Virus record (IMG/VR): IMGVR_UViG_3300020048_000012
Length of the DNA: 64,000 nucleotides
Direction: 5' to 3' (one strand)
Source: a virus
The notes under the pieces were generated by a model that saw nothing but the letters and a program-made list of their open reading frames with translations, had not been told where the DNA came from and ran no database searches. Position numbers and translations under genes: made by a program. Shown here piece after piece: positions 48,125-56,920 of the stretch. Within the stretch, counting starts at the first letter, position 1. Every line of letters starts with the position of its first letter.

Positions 48125-48475
48125 TTACATAAACAAATTCTGTGGCACTGGACCAAACATCTTATGCAATACTCTACTTGGCGTAGAAGCAACGGCAAGT
48201 TTTATGCCTTTTTTAGTTGCTTGAACTTTGTAATAATTACGAGCAATGCAATTACGAGCATTGCCTCTACTATTATTGCATTCAAAACATGCAGCAACTA
48301 AATTATCTGGCGATTCTATCTTAATATGCTTTGGACTAGACCACTTATCAAGTAAATGCTCAAGCGTCGCCTGGTGCGGCGACTTCTTAGTCACGTTCAT
48401 TTCGCAATTACAGTAATAACATTTATTACACTGGCTGTTCACCAATGTAGAAAGAGTTATATGCTGATTGCTCAT
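48125..48475 (-). CDS. HNH endonuclease-like protein
   Basis: CYYC...ATLEHL...NLVAACFECNNSRG. Confidence 0.75.
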   Translation of the reverse strand: MSNQHITLSTLVNSQCNKCYYCNCEMNVTKKSPHQATLEHLLDKWSSPKHIKIESPDNLVAACFECNNSRGNARNCIARNYYKVQATKKGIKLAVASTPSRVLHKMFGPVPQNLFM

Positions 48476-48482
48476 GATAAAG

Positions 48483-48656
48483 TCAAAAAACTTCTTTGAT
48501 GATGTCAAATGATTCGGCTGGAAATTTCGTCTTGAATTCTTCGGCCTTCACGTACTCATTGAATGCCTTTGCTTCAAAGAACACTTTCTTAAAGACGCTC
48601 AAATGAGAACGCTTTGGGCACACGGTGAGATAAATTGATTTTGCTTTACCGGCCAT
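48483..48656 (-). CDS. Hypothetical protein
   Basis: Start MAGKAKSIY after AAGGA RBS and early promoter. Confidence 0.65.
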   Translation of the reverse strand: MAGKAKSIYLTVCPKRSHLSVFKKVFFEAKAFNEYVKAEEFKTKFPAESFDIIKEVF

Positions 48657-48686
48657 TTTGATTCCTTGTTTGGTTTTGATAAATCT

Positions 48687-48715
48687 ATTATACCACAAAA
48701 TCTAATTGTTGTACA
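48687..48715 (-). promoter_or_regulatory. Early promoter TGTACA-17-TATAAT
   Basis: Exact family match. Confidence 0.85.
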
Positions 48716-48832
48716 CCGTTATTTGCAGTGCTTTCTGGTGTCAAAAATCTCATGATGCTGGTAGATACTAACAAAGAGCATGAACAATGACGTACGTCAC
48801 TTTCGGTGCTCTAAGTTGTTGATTTATATAGG

Positions 48833-50152
48833 TCAGATTTTAGCCAAATTGGCCTTATACACGCTCATAGGTGTTTGTTTCTTTAGCATTTCAAGAGTCT
48901 TATTCTTGTCTGCAATCTTGGCCTCAAGCTTGGCGACCTCGTCTGTTGTACATTCATACAGAGGGATATTGACAAACTTCTTGCCAAAGTCTTTTGGCGT
49001 AATCTTCTTTGCAATGAAGTCGAGCAATTGTACTTTCGTATTAGTCCTGAAGTCGACCTTACGTTCAATCACTGCAGTAATAAACTTTGCACGGTGAATC
49101 ATTTCATCCAATGCTTCATTAGTTTCATCGATGTCATATGCAATTTTATCACCAAACTTGGTAATACGATATTGGACAAAATAGTGAATCAATTGAGCGA
49201 CTGATTCGAAGATCTTGAGTTTGCCATCATACCCAAGAGTCGTAAGAATCTCGGTATGAAGACGAACAAGTTTAAAGTACTTGAACATATCTTTATCGAT
49301 AGCATTGCGTTGCTGAGCCGTAACTTTAATCTCAAACCCAAAGCCATCTTTAGAGCATGCATCATCATAGTCACGAATCATGTCTTTGTCGATAAGACCA
49401 TTCAAGAATTCTACATAACTTTCGCGATCAAATCCGATTGGCAGTTCTGTGATGGCGTACGTAAATTTGCCTAGGTATTCGATGCATCCAATTGTGCGAT
49501 ACTGATTGCCAGCCACGTATTCGACTTTTCCTTTAAAGGAAGGGAACTTTGGCATGATGACATCATTTGCTTTCAGGAACTTCTCAGGAGATTTCAGACA
49601 TTGATTAGTAGCTTCAATCAAAGAAGGAATTGATCGAGGAAGAATGTCAGTCTTGAATCCAACTGCGATACCACTGATGCCATTAACAAGCACCCAAGGA
49701 ATGATAGGCAAATAGAATGCCGGCTCTGGATTTTCTGGATCGAAAGCTTTTGGGGCAACTTCAGTGTCAACAAAGAATTTCTTGAATGTATCAGACAAAG
49801 ATGCAAAGATATATCGAGGAGCAGCCGCTTCTTGAACAAGACGAGAACCAAAATTACCATGTCCTGTAAAGATTGGAGCATTATTATTCCAATCAGACGC
49901 CATGCCCACAGCCGCACCTTGAGCTGAGCCCTCACCGTGGTGATAGTTCATCTTAGCAAGACCACCGCCTAGTTCAGCGACTTTGACCTTATTACCCTTA
50001 TACTCAGTGATCATTGCATATAGCAACTTACGCTGAGTTGGCTTCATCCCATCGATGACGGAAGGAATTGCACGACTCTCGATCGTGTACATACTAAACT
50101 CACGTAGGTCAGTATCAATAATATCAGTTAGATTACGAACTTCAACTTTCAT
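48833..50152 (-). CDS. gp52: DNA topoisomerase II medium subunit gp52
   Basis: RAIPSVIDGMKPTQRKLL, NYHHGEGS, GNFGSR...AAAPRY (catalytic Tyr), YLPIIPWVLVNG..GIAVGF. Confidence 0.95.
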   Translation of the reverse strand: MKVEVRNLTDIIDTDLREFSMYTIESRAIPSVIDGMKPTQRKLLYAMITEYKGNKVKVAELGGGLAKMNYHHGEGSAQGAAVGMASDWNNNAPIFTGHGNFGSRLVQEAAAPRYIFASLSDTFKKFFVDTEVAPKAFDPENPEPAFYLPIIPWVLVNGISGIAVGFKTDILPRSIPSLIEATNQCLKSPEKFLKANDVIMPKFPSFKGKVEYVAGNQYRTIGCIEYLGKFTYAITELPIGFDRESYVEFLNGLIDKDMIRDYDDACSKDGFGFEIKVTAQQRNAIDKDMFKYFKLVRLHTEILTTLGYDGKLKIFESVAQLIHYFVQYRITKFGDKIAYDIDETNEALDEMIHRAKFITAVIERKVDFRTNTKVQLLDFIAKKITPKDFGKKFVNIPLYECTTDEVAKLEAKIADKNKTLEMLKKQTPMSVYKANLAKI

Positions 50153-51957
50153 GCCAACAACCAATCTTTACGTAGTTCTGCGGAATCGCCAAATGCCATT
50201 TCCAATTTGTTCATATCATCACCATTGACTTGGATAAGTCGAGGGTTATTCACACATTCATAATACACATTCTCAGGCATAGAACCCAATCCTTTAAAGT
50301 AATCAACTGCGTAGCCTTTAAGATTTGCAGAGTCAAATTCTTCCTTTGTATAGAAGATCTTAGTATCCTTTCCTTTAACGCAATAGTATAAAGGTGACAT
50401 CAAACGATAAATTCGTTTTTGCTCAAACAACTCAGGCCACAAACTAAAGAAGTTAAGCAGCAATCCAAAGATGTGCAAACCATCAACGTCGGCATCACTG
50501 AACGCAACAATCTTGCCATAATTCAAATTGACTGCAGGCTTACCGAGTTCCAATCCAATGATCGCCATCAACTCAAAGATTTCTTTGTTCTTGATGATAT
50601 CGATGGGCTTCATACCCCGTACGTTAAGAGGCTTACCACGCAGAGGGTAACCACCAACAGTCTTTGGATTACGCACACAGATGAGTGAACCAATAGCGGA
50701 CAAACCTTCGCAAAGCAAAAGCATCTTATGCTCAGGATTTGGATCAGTTGCAGCGATATGATTAACTACTCGCACTTTTGCAATGCTCTTCTGCTTCTTA
50801 GCCAGAGCCAACTTATCATTCATTTCCTTCTTGTAAAGGATAGCCTCGATCATTGGATCAATGATCTCCGGTGTGCCTAGAATGTGCTTAGCAATCTTTT
50901 CATAATCAATAGTTCCAAGTACATTTGAGACTTCGCCATACGCATTAGTGATACGTTCTTTAGTCTGTGAATCAAATTTCAAGTTAGGAAAATTGTTCAC
51001 CCAAGACGCAAAAAGCAAATGTTGTTTAATTTGATTAGGCGGTACTTCGATTTTGTATTTCTTCTTTACGAATTCACGAAGACTTGTGATGATGTTGTTC
51101 AAAACGTAATCGACGTGAGTTCCGCCGTTTTTGACATAAATGCCATTTACATAACTCAAGCACCGAAATTCTTCATCTTTACCTGAAGGAGCAAATACAA
51201 ATGCGAAGTTCGTGCCTTCAATTGAAATGGCATTTTCATTAAATTGCTTAGCGACTTGCTTGATGTTCTTGAATTTGATCTTCTCACCATTAAATGAAAA
51301 GACAATGTTATGATACATGACTGCGAGATTTGCAATACGATCTTTTAACACATCGACATGATCTTGCGTGAATTCAGTCAATGCAAATTTGGACAAATCG
51401 GGCATAAACTTCACCGTCACGCCGCGAACAGGATTAGTAGGAGTACTAACTTTATGCCTGACAGACTTCATATTGTTATCGCAAGTGACAACAATTTTTT
51501 GCTTACCGTCACATGAAGCACCAACGAACGATGTAGAGAAAATGTTAGTCAGTGAAACGCCGACGCCATTCATACCCGCACCAATGCGAGTAGAATCATC
51601 AAAGTTAGATCCTGCTCGTAGTTTCGTCCAAGCGAGCAAAGGACGATATTCACCACCATGAAGTTCAACTGGAATTCCTCGACCATTATCGGATAGAGTT
51701 ACCTCACATCCTTCAAGAGTAGTTTCAATTTTAACATCAATCTTTGTTGCAAACTTACCTTCGGTTCGAATGTGCTCGTCGACACTATTTTGAATAACTT
51801 CTTCGACGATTTTAATCAAGCCAGGCACAACAGTCTTGACTTGGTATTCATAATTGATAATGCCTGAATGAGGTTCAGGCGTAACCGAACCAATGTACAT
51901 TGCAGGTCGTGCAAGCACATGTTCTCGATCATCTAGTACTTTAAATTCTTCTGTCAT
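50149..51957 (-). CDS. gp39: DNA topoisomerase II large subunit (gp39+gp60 in one ORF)
   Basis: EHVLARP.MYIGS, NSVDE, DNGRGIP, GMNGVG, CEGLSA, PLRGKPLN, DADVDG, YFKGLGS. Confidence 0.95.
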   Translation of the reverse strand: MTEEFKVLDDREHVLARPAMYIGSVTPEPHSGIINYEYQVKTVVPGLIKIVEEVIQNSVDEHIRTEGKFATKIDVKIETTLEGCEVTLSDNGRGIPVELHGGEYRPLLAWTKLRAGSNFDDSTRIGAGMNGVGVSLTNIFSTSFVGASCDGKQKIVVTCDNNMKSVRHKVSTPTNPVRGVTVKFMPDLSKFALTEFTQDHVDVLKDRIANLAVMYHNIVFSFNGEKIKFKNIKQVAKQFNENAISIEGTNFAFVFAPSGKDEEFRCLSYVNGIYVKNGGTHVDYVLNNIITSLREFVKKKYKIEVPPNQIKQHLLFASWVNNFPNLKFDSQTKERITNAYGEVSNVLGTIDYEKIAKHILGTPEIIDPMIEAILYKKEMNDKLALAKKQKSIAKVRVVNHIAATDPNPEHKMLLLCEGLSAIGSLICVRNPKTVGGYPLRGKPLNVRGMKPIDIIKNKEIFELMAIIGLELGKPAVNLNYGKIVAFSDADVDGLHIFGLLLNFFSLWPELFEQKRIYRLMSPLYYCVKGKDTKIFYTKEEFDSANLKGYAVDYFKGLGSMPENVYYECVNNPRLIQVNGDDMNKLEMAFGDSAELRKDWLLA

Positions 51958-51983
51958 TTATGATGTTTCGTTGTTTAAATGTT

Positions 51984-52012
51984 ATTATACCACATACACG
52001 ATTTATTGTACA
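51984..52012 (-). promoter_or_regulatory. Early promoter TGTACA-17-TATAAT (topoisomerase operon)
   Basis: Exact family match. Confidence 0.85.
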
Positions 52013-52411
52013 TTAAACGTTTATTTTTGGCGAAGTTGGTCGAGTGACATCGCGCGCCACTGCGCATAGAGTTTCAGCGATATTGGATGCAACTGTTCCG
52101 AGTCCATTGACGAAATCGTTTTCATACTTAAACTCTCCCGCTGTGTCAAGCGTGACCAATTTTCCAAGACCAAGAGCGCAATGTTTTGCAGTGACATACC
52201 AAAGTTCACCAATGTGCGTGTTTTTAACCAAGTTCGATGTCTTGCCAACACCTATTACCATAAATTCACCATTACGCGTCTTTTCGATTTTAACTGATTT
52301 TGACAAAATCGAATATGTGACATTATTATCATTTTGAGCCACTTTAATCCATTCTTGAGAATGGGCCGAGATCGATGCGCACGTAATTAGAGCTGCAATA
52401 AAGATTTTCAT
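52013..52411 (-). CDS. Secreted/periplasmic hypothetical protein
   Basis: Signal-peptide-like MKIFIAALITCASISAHS; two Cys. Confidence 0.65.
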   Translation of the reverse strand: MKIFIAALITCASISAHSQEWIKVAQNDNNVTYSILSKSVKIEKTRNGEFMVIGVGKTSNLVKNTHIGELWYVTAKHCALGLGKLVTLDTAGEFKYENDFVNGLGTVASNIAETLCAVARDVTRPTSPKINV

Positions 52412-52472
52412 TTAAATTTCCTTCGTTAATTTCGTTCGTCGCCTAGATAGTGGGGTGTTACTTATCGACCAT

Positions 52473-52682
52473 TCAATGAATGACTGTAAAACTATTGCCC
52501 CAAGTTGATGGCTTATACCATTTTTGTTCACTAAATCCAAATTCTTTTGCGATCGTAAGAGCTTCATTAAGAGTCTTATCATGCAATTTGCATTCGCTTT
52601 TCCACATCCCATCGTCCCATCGAAAACAAATTGTCGATAGAACGCAATTGTCATTAAATTGTTCGAGGTTTTTGCTATTCAT
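52473..52682 (-). CDS. Hypothetical protein
   Basis: 69 aa with AAGGA RBS. Confidence 0.55.
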   Translation of the reverse strand: MNSKNLEQFNDNCVLSTICFRWDDGMWKSECKLHDKTLNEALTIAKEFGFSEQKWYKPSTWGNSFTVIH

Positions 52683-52691
52683 TTCGATTCC

Positions 52692-53129
52692 TTATTTGAT
52701 TTGTGCAATCATTTCTTTCAAACGAACGATCTGATCTTGTTCAGCTTGCATGCAGCTATCAAAGATAGTCTGAGGAGCATCATACGTACCGGCATCCATA
52801 GATGCTTGACGAGAAGCAATGCTTTTTACATAACCATTGATTAAGCGAGTAAGACGCTTGAATTCTTTTGATGTTTGGATAGAGGTTTTGCCTTCTTCCA
52901 CACGTTCCCACTGAAGAACTAAACCCTTAGCATGCGTAGACTTTTCAACTTTAGTGACGCCCGCATCATCGCATGTATAGAACAATTGATATGAATTGCC
53001 ATGCAAATGACCGCTCGTACTGTACTCGCCATCTCGACATTGGCTAAGCAAAAAGCTAGCCTGTTTATCACTCTTGAAAAAACCATTGTTAGTTTTTACT
53101 AAAGAAGCGAAAGAGATAGAGAGGTCCAT
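52692..53129 (-). CDS. Hypothetical protein
   Basis: 145 aa, first gene after early promoter 53158-53186. Confidence 0.7.
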   Translation of the reverse strand: MDLSISFASLVKTNNGFFKSDKQASFLLSQCRDGEYSTSGHLHGNSYQLFYTCDDAGVTKVEKSTHAKGLVLQWERVEEGKTSIQTSKEFKRLTRLINGYVKSIASRQASMDAGTYDAPQTIFDSCMQAEQDQIVRLKEMIAQIK

Positions 53130-53157
53130 TTGTAATCCAGTCTGATTAATTAAATCT

Positions 53158-53186
53158 ATTATACCATCAAATCTAATTAATGTACA
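53158..53186 (-). promoter_or_regulatory. Early promoter TGTACA-17-TATAAT
   Basis: Exact family match. Confidence 0.85.
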
Positions 53187-53368
53187 CCGTTTTTACGGCC
53201 AATGCGTTCAGCAATCTTCAACTTGATGAATTCAAGATGTTCATTGAACTTCATTTGAGGGTAGTCGACCACAGCCAATTCGAATTGTGTTCGAAGAGCG
53301 TAAAGTTGTGTCAAAGACTTGCTAGCATACTCTGCCTCAACATCATATGTGCGCGTGTTGTTCCCCAT
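53177..53368 (-). CDS. Hypothetical protein
   Basis: 63 aa with AAAGG RBS. Confidence 0.55.
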   Translation of the reverse strand: MGNNTRTYDVEAEYASKSLTQLYALRTQFELAVVDYPQMKFNEHLEFIKLKIAERIGRKNGVH

Positions 53369-53380
53369 GATAAAGCCTTT

Positions 53381-53566
53381 TCAATGAACGTTAACTTGAA
53401 TGACAACACATGGAACAACGTCAGGGTACGAAGGATCCATATCTTCGGGAGTGAAACAATCAATGTTATCAATTGCAAATATTTTGCCGCCGCGATTGTC
53501 ATTAACTTTGACAACGTAGTCCTGTGGCATGCTTTTGAGAATATCGATAAGGTCTGAGACTAGCAT
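53381..53566 (-). CDS. Hypothetical protein
   Basis: MLVSDLIDILKSMPQD, common small early phage protein pattern; AAGGA RBS. Confidence 0.6.
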   Translation of the reverse strand: MLVSDLIDILKSMPQDYVVKVNDNRGGKIFAIDNIDCFTPEDMDPSYPDVVPCVVIQVNVH

Positions 53567-53594
53567 TTCAATTCCTTGTTTGTTTGTTAGATCA

Positions 53595-53623
53595 ATTATA
53601 CCACAAAATCTAATTGTTGTACA
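53595..53623 (-). promoter_or_regulatory. Early promoter TGTACA-17-TATAAT
   Basis: Exact family match. Confidence 0.85.
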
Positions 53624-53705
53624 CTACTTTATGCAGTGCTCGTACGTCCTTGTATGACTCGATGTATATGCCTACTCACTCAAGCAGTCTCGAGTCACAT
53701 ACGTC

Positions 53706-53891
53706 CTCTTACCTTGATACGGTATTAGAAAGAATAGGTTTGTTTACAAACAGAGCTCCGGATTTGTATCTTAAGTATTAAACAGAATTGAAAAGAAGAT
53801 AGATTATCTGTTCCGACCTTTGGTCGGCCGCTGGAAGAACTATTATTTAATATAGTTGTTTTCCAGATTGTAATACTGTTATTATACCATT
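53706..53891 (-). repeat. Four-block conserved non-coding element, copy 2
   Basis: Blocks match copy 1 at 22/22, 46/48, 15/15 and 20/21 nt. Confidence 0.85.
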
Positions 53892-53964
53892 CTTCATGAT
53901 TTAATAAAATCTATTTGTGATACTGTATCATTTAGTATACAATTACATTGACCTAGAAACGACA

Positions 53965-53988
53965 AAAGCCCGAATAAATTCGAGCTTT
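53965..53988 (-). terminator. Intrinsic terminator
   Basis: AAAGCTCGAA-TTTA-TTCGGGCTTT(T) on minus strand after the small-gene operon. Confidence 0.7.
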
Positions 53989-54003
53989 GTATTAAATATT
54001 TAA

Positions 54004-54174
54004 TTACTTTTTATCGTAAAGACTTAATCGTTCATTTTCATCGGATAATTGTTTCTGTAAATTATCTGATTCTTTTTGTTTATCTTTTCCGAATATAGCA
54101 TCCCATCGATTATCATATTCTTCTTGTGTCACACTATATGGTCTTGGTTTAGACCCTTTTCCACCATCACTCAT
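54004..54174 (-). CDS. Small conserved phage protein (56 aa; not in ORF track)
   Basis: MSDGGKGSKPRPYSVTQEEYDNRWDAIFGK...; start overlaps upstream stop. Confidence 0.7.
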   Translation of the reverse strand: MSDGGKGSKPRPYSVTQEEYDNRWDAIFGKDKQKESDNLQKQLSDENERLSLYDKK

Positions 54175-54317
54175 TTTGATTCAACCTTAATAGTCTCGGC
54201 CAATGACTTTTGGAAACTATCTTCAGATAGTACGTGACTGCCATTACAATATCCAGACGCGCTGCGACCACAACTGCATAATTTTTTGACCTCGGTTAGC
54301 ATAATTTTTTCGCTCAT
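54171..54317 (-). CDS. CDGSH-like iron-sulfur mini-protein (48 aa; not in ORF track)
   Basis: MSEKIMLTEVKKLCSCGRSASGYCNGSHVLSE...; CxCxxS...CxGSH motif; AAGGA RBS. Confidence 0.7.
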   Translation of the reverse strand: MSEKIMLTEVKKLCSCGRSASGYCNGSHVLSEDSFQKSLAETIKVESK

Positions 54318-54325
54318 ATAGTTCC

Positions 54326-54955
54326 TTATAAGTAATGACAGAATGTCGTCATGATATATTTAGGGTCGCTGATTGGTTTAAATCCACAATGTAGATATTG
54401 CCAAGTGCTCGGAAATATTAGCATACTTCCTTTCTTGGGTTGACAACTAAATCCCAATTTAGGAAATGCTGCGTCACCACCTTCAGGGATATCATTCAAA
54501 TAATATAATGCAGTGATGAATCGACGGGCCGATGCGTAATCACCGACATCAGTATGTAACCCAAATCCATCTTTGCCATTATTCATTGTCCGATTAATTC
54601 TAAAATGCTCAAATCCGTATTTTTCTGGAATTCTAGTTGGAGCATCCTGTGCATCAATATCAATCATATATTCGCCAATAGCTCGAACAGTGTAGTTTAC
54701 TACATGCGTGTGTAGATGTTTGAATAAAGGAATGTGTTGATTATCTGTGACATTCAATTGATCAAATCTAAAGTGGCCTTCGCCTTGCGCGTGAGTAACA
54801 TGTAATTGAGAATTTTTATCATACAATTGCAATAACTCATTGCATAAAGACGAAGGCAAAACATTTGGTTTATACGTGATATAGAACGCCAAATGCGTCT
54901 TATCAGGACGCCAAGTCATATAATCTTCTGGTGCAAGACGAATAATATCATTCAT
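54326..54955 (-). CDS. 2OG-Fe(II) oxygenase (prolyl-hydroxylase-like)
   Basis: FGLHTD, RFITALYYLND..EGG, PKKGSMLIFP..W.YLHCG, KYI. Confidence 0.88.
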   Translation of the reverse strand: MNDIIRLAPEDYMTWRPDKTHLAFYITYKPNVLPSSLCNELLQLYDKNSQLHVTHAQGEGHFRFDQLNVTDNQHIPLFKHLHTHVVNYTVRAIGEYMIDIDAQDAPTRIPEKYGFEHFRINRTMNNGKDGFGLHTDVGDYASARRFITALYYLNDIPEGGDAAFPKLGFSCQPKKGSMLIFPSTWQYLHCGFKPISDPKYIMTTFCHYL

Positions 54956-55638
54956 AATTTTAAATTCCTAGAATACGCTTCAATTTCGACTAATAAATCA
55001 TCTCTACAAATGTCTACATTTATAATTTTACCACTAATATTGTATTTTTGTAAAATATGTTTTACAACTTGATTTGATTCTTTATTCTTTACGTAGATAG
55101 TATACACTAAGTCTGAATTAGTTACACCCGATGTTGTCATCAATCTTCCGATATTATTAAGCGTTAAATCTATTTGACCAAACAAATCATCTTTATACCA
55201 TGTTTCACTGCCACGAATACTGGCTGTGCCAGATATCAATAAGTTATTGTCGTGTATTGCTGCTCGCGAAAATAATGGAACGCCATACACAGATGGATAA
55301 TTGAATGGATCTATTTGATTTGTATTGCTAAAGAAACGAGCTGGCGTTCGTGCTCGCGTATAGATGAGAGTGTATGTATCATCGAATGATCCTAAAGCAC
55401 ATGCAGTAGGATATTCCGTTACATTAAATTTAGTGAATATCTTTTTGCGAACTACATTGAATTTTGAGTATCGCTGAACGCCATCTTCATAACGAAGAAT
55501 ATCGGGTATAAAGTTTCTTATGTTGATAATGTATGGATATTCAGAATTGGGCGTAAACATTGCATTATACGCCCGTTCAATTTGTGATTCTATATCATAT
55601 CCACTTATTTTGATTTTAGTAGTTTGATAATTTTTCAT
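54952..55638 (-). CDS. FkbO/Hyg5/XanB2-like chorismatase (RidA/YjgF-fold)
   Basis: YPYIINIRNFIP, QRYSKFN..R, PTACALG, NQIDPFNYP..YG.PLFSRA, LISGTASIRG, DICRDDLLVEIEA; start moved to MKNYQ. Confidence 0.72.
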   Translation of the reverse strand: MKNYQTTKIKISGYDIESQIERAYNAMFTPNSEYPYIINIRNFIPDILRYEDGVQRYSKFNVVRKKIFTKFNVTEYPTACALGSFDDTYTLIYTRARTPARFFSNTNQIDPFNYPSVYGVPLFSRAAIHDNNLLISGTASIRGSETWYKDDLFGQIDLTLNNIGRLMTTSGVTNSDLVYTIYVKNKESNQVVKHILQKYNISGKIINVDICRDDLLVEIEAYSRNLKL

Positions 55639-55648
55639 AATATTAAAA

Positions 55649-55724
55649 TGGTGGTCGGAAGAACACTCGAAGTTCCACATTTATCCGTATGAAGGATACT
55701 CTCTGCCTCTTAAGATACCCGACC
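55649..55724 (-). tRNA. tRNA-Met/Ile2 (CAT)
   Basis: Cloverleaf; TATCC-TTCATAC-GGATA; CCA. Confidence 0.8.
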
Positions 55725-55727
55725 AAT

Positions 55728-55802
55728 TGGTAAGTCGAATAGGATTCGAACCTATATTAAAGCCTTATAATGGACTCTACTCTACCGTTGAGTTATCGAC
55801 TT
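55728..55802 (-). tRNA. tRNA-Ile (TAT), weak anticodon stem
   Basis: Good acceptor, D and T arms; loop ATTATAA; CCA. Confidence 0.65.
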
Positions 55803-55807
55803 ATTTA

Positions 55808-55951
55808 TTATAGTTTAGCACACTGTTCATACACTTTACCTTCACCTACACAAGGTATGAAGGCCCTCGAGGTAAATTCCGACTTTTCACATTTTCAGGT
55901 AATTACTCCTTACTTAGTGTTTCTCAGTTCGTGCAGTGCGCTAAACTATAA
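55808..55951 (-). ncRNA. Stem-closed ncRNA cassette A
   Basis: 18-nt terminal inverted repeat, 17/18 (G.U on minus strand). Confidence 0.5.
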
Positions 55952-56048
55952 CATATTAAACCATACTAACTGCCTAAGCCACAAGAGCTTAACCCTGCCC
56001 GTGATGTGAGCTACCTCATCTATCACGCACCCAGTGTGGTTTAATATG
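55952..56048 (-). ncRNA. Stem-closed ncRNA cassette B
   Basis: 16-nt terminal inverted repeat, 15/16. Confidence 0.5.
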
Positions 56049-56049
56049 C

Positions 56050-56145
56050 GAACTCATTGTAGGCAGGGGTCGAACCTGCACGAGGCGTCTATTTCCTCCG
56101 ACCCTATGAGAGGTCTATGACTACCAATTCCATCACTACGAGTTC
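56050..56145 (-). ncRNA. tRNA-like RNA with bulged acceptor stem, long variable arm and no CCA
   Basis: GGAATTGGTAG D-loop, GCAGG-TTCGACC-CCTGC T-arm, irregular TCTCATAG anticodon loop. Confidence 0.55.
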
Positions 56146-56194
56146 CTCAGGTGATCAGTCCCGAGAATGGTGAAGGGTAATTAATCCTTCGTTT

Positions 56195-56319
56195 ACCATA
56201 TTTAAGCGTCTTAATATCTCTCATAGTTGACGCTATAAGTTTTCGCAGGCCGTCAAACCCACCGAAATACTCTACGCGTTTCTTGCATAGAGTACCCCGT
56301 CAAGACACTTAAATATGGT
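56195..56319 (-). ncRNA. Stem-closed ncRNA cassette C
   Basis: 18-nt terminal inverted repeat, 17/18; arm includes the ACCA of tRNA-Val. Confidence 0.5.
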
Positions 56320-56390
56320 GATTGAGATAAGAATTGAACTTATGACCTCAACGATGTCAACGTTGCGTTCTACCACTGAACTACTCAACC
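56316..56390 (-). tRNA. tRNA-Val (GAC)
   Basis: Canonical cloverleaf; CAACG-TTGACAT-CGTTG; CCA. Confidence 0.92.
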
Positions 56391-56464
56391 AAGTTATGAT
56401 ACACGTATCACTTCAATACGTATCCATCGACTTCCGTCGTGCTTTCTACAATATCTTAAGCTAG

Positions 56465-56540
56465 TACCATATTAAAACACACACCTTGAACCTATGTTTC
56501 TCATCGTGTCCGCACAGGCGGGATGTGTTTTAATATGGTA
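56465..56540 (-). ncRNA. Stem-closed ncRNA cassette D
   Basis: Perfect 17-bp terminal inverted repeat; arm includes the ACCA of tRNA-Lys. Confidence 0.5.
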
Positions 56541-56609
56541 GGGCTGCTCGGTAACGATCCGAGTTTTACGAGTTAAAAGCTCGTTACTTCACCTTAAAGT
56601 TTCAACCCC
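56536..56609 (-). tRNA. tRNA-Lys (TTT)
   Basis: ACGAG-CTTTTAA-CTCGT; T-loop ATCGTTA; CCA. Confidence 0.85.
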
Positions 56610-56614
56610 ATGTA

Positions 56615-56689
56615 TGGTCCCGTGGCTCAGATTCAAACTGAGTTCTCTCGGCTTAAGAGGCCGGACTTCATCGTCAAAGTTTCCTCGGG
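56615..56689 (-). tRNA. tRNA-Lys (CTT)
   Basis: Loop CTCTTAA; one acceptor mismatch; CCA. Confidence 0.78.
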
Positions 56690-56801
56690 TGTTACGTATT
56701 GAATTATCTTTTACGTGCACACTTTAGACCATACATGGGATCTAAAGGGCACTATCGTTTAGCAGATGCTTTCATATAGTTTCCTTTTGTTTTAAAAATT
56801 A

Positions 56802-56830
56802 ATTATACTCTAATTACGTATTATTGTACA
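56802..56830 (-). promoter_or_regulatory. Early promoter TGTACA-17-TATAAT within tRNA cluster
   Basis: Exact family match. Confidence 0.85.
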
Positions 56831-56837
56831 CTAATTT

Positions 56838-56914
56838 TGGAAAGCCATGAGAGATTTGAACTCCCGACCTCTTCGTTCGAAGCGAAGTACTCTAGTCCAC
56901 TGAGTTAATGGCTC
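56838..56914 (-). tRNA. tRNA-Arg (TCG)
   Basis: CTTCG-CTTCGAA-CGAAG; CCA. Confidence 0.88.
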
Positions 56915-56920
56915 ATTGAT

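Noticed and set aside
48833-51957. Introns, inteins or a gene 60-type ribosomal bypass in topoisomerase
   Set aside because: Both subunits are continuous, normal-length ORFs, with gp39 and gp60 in a single frame.
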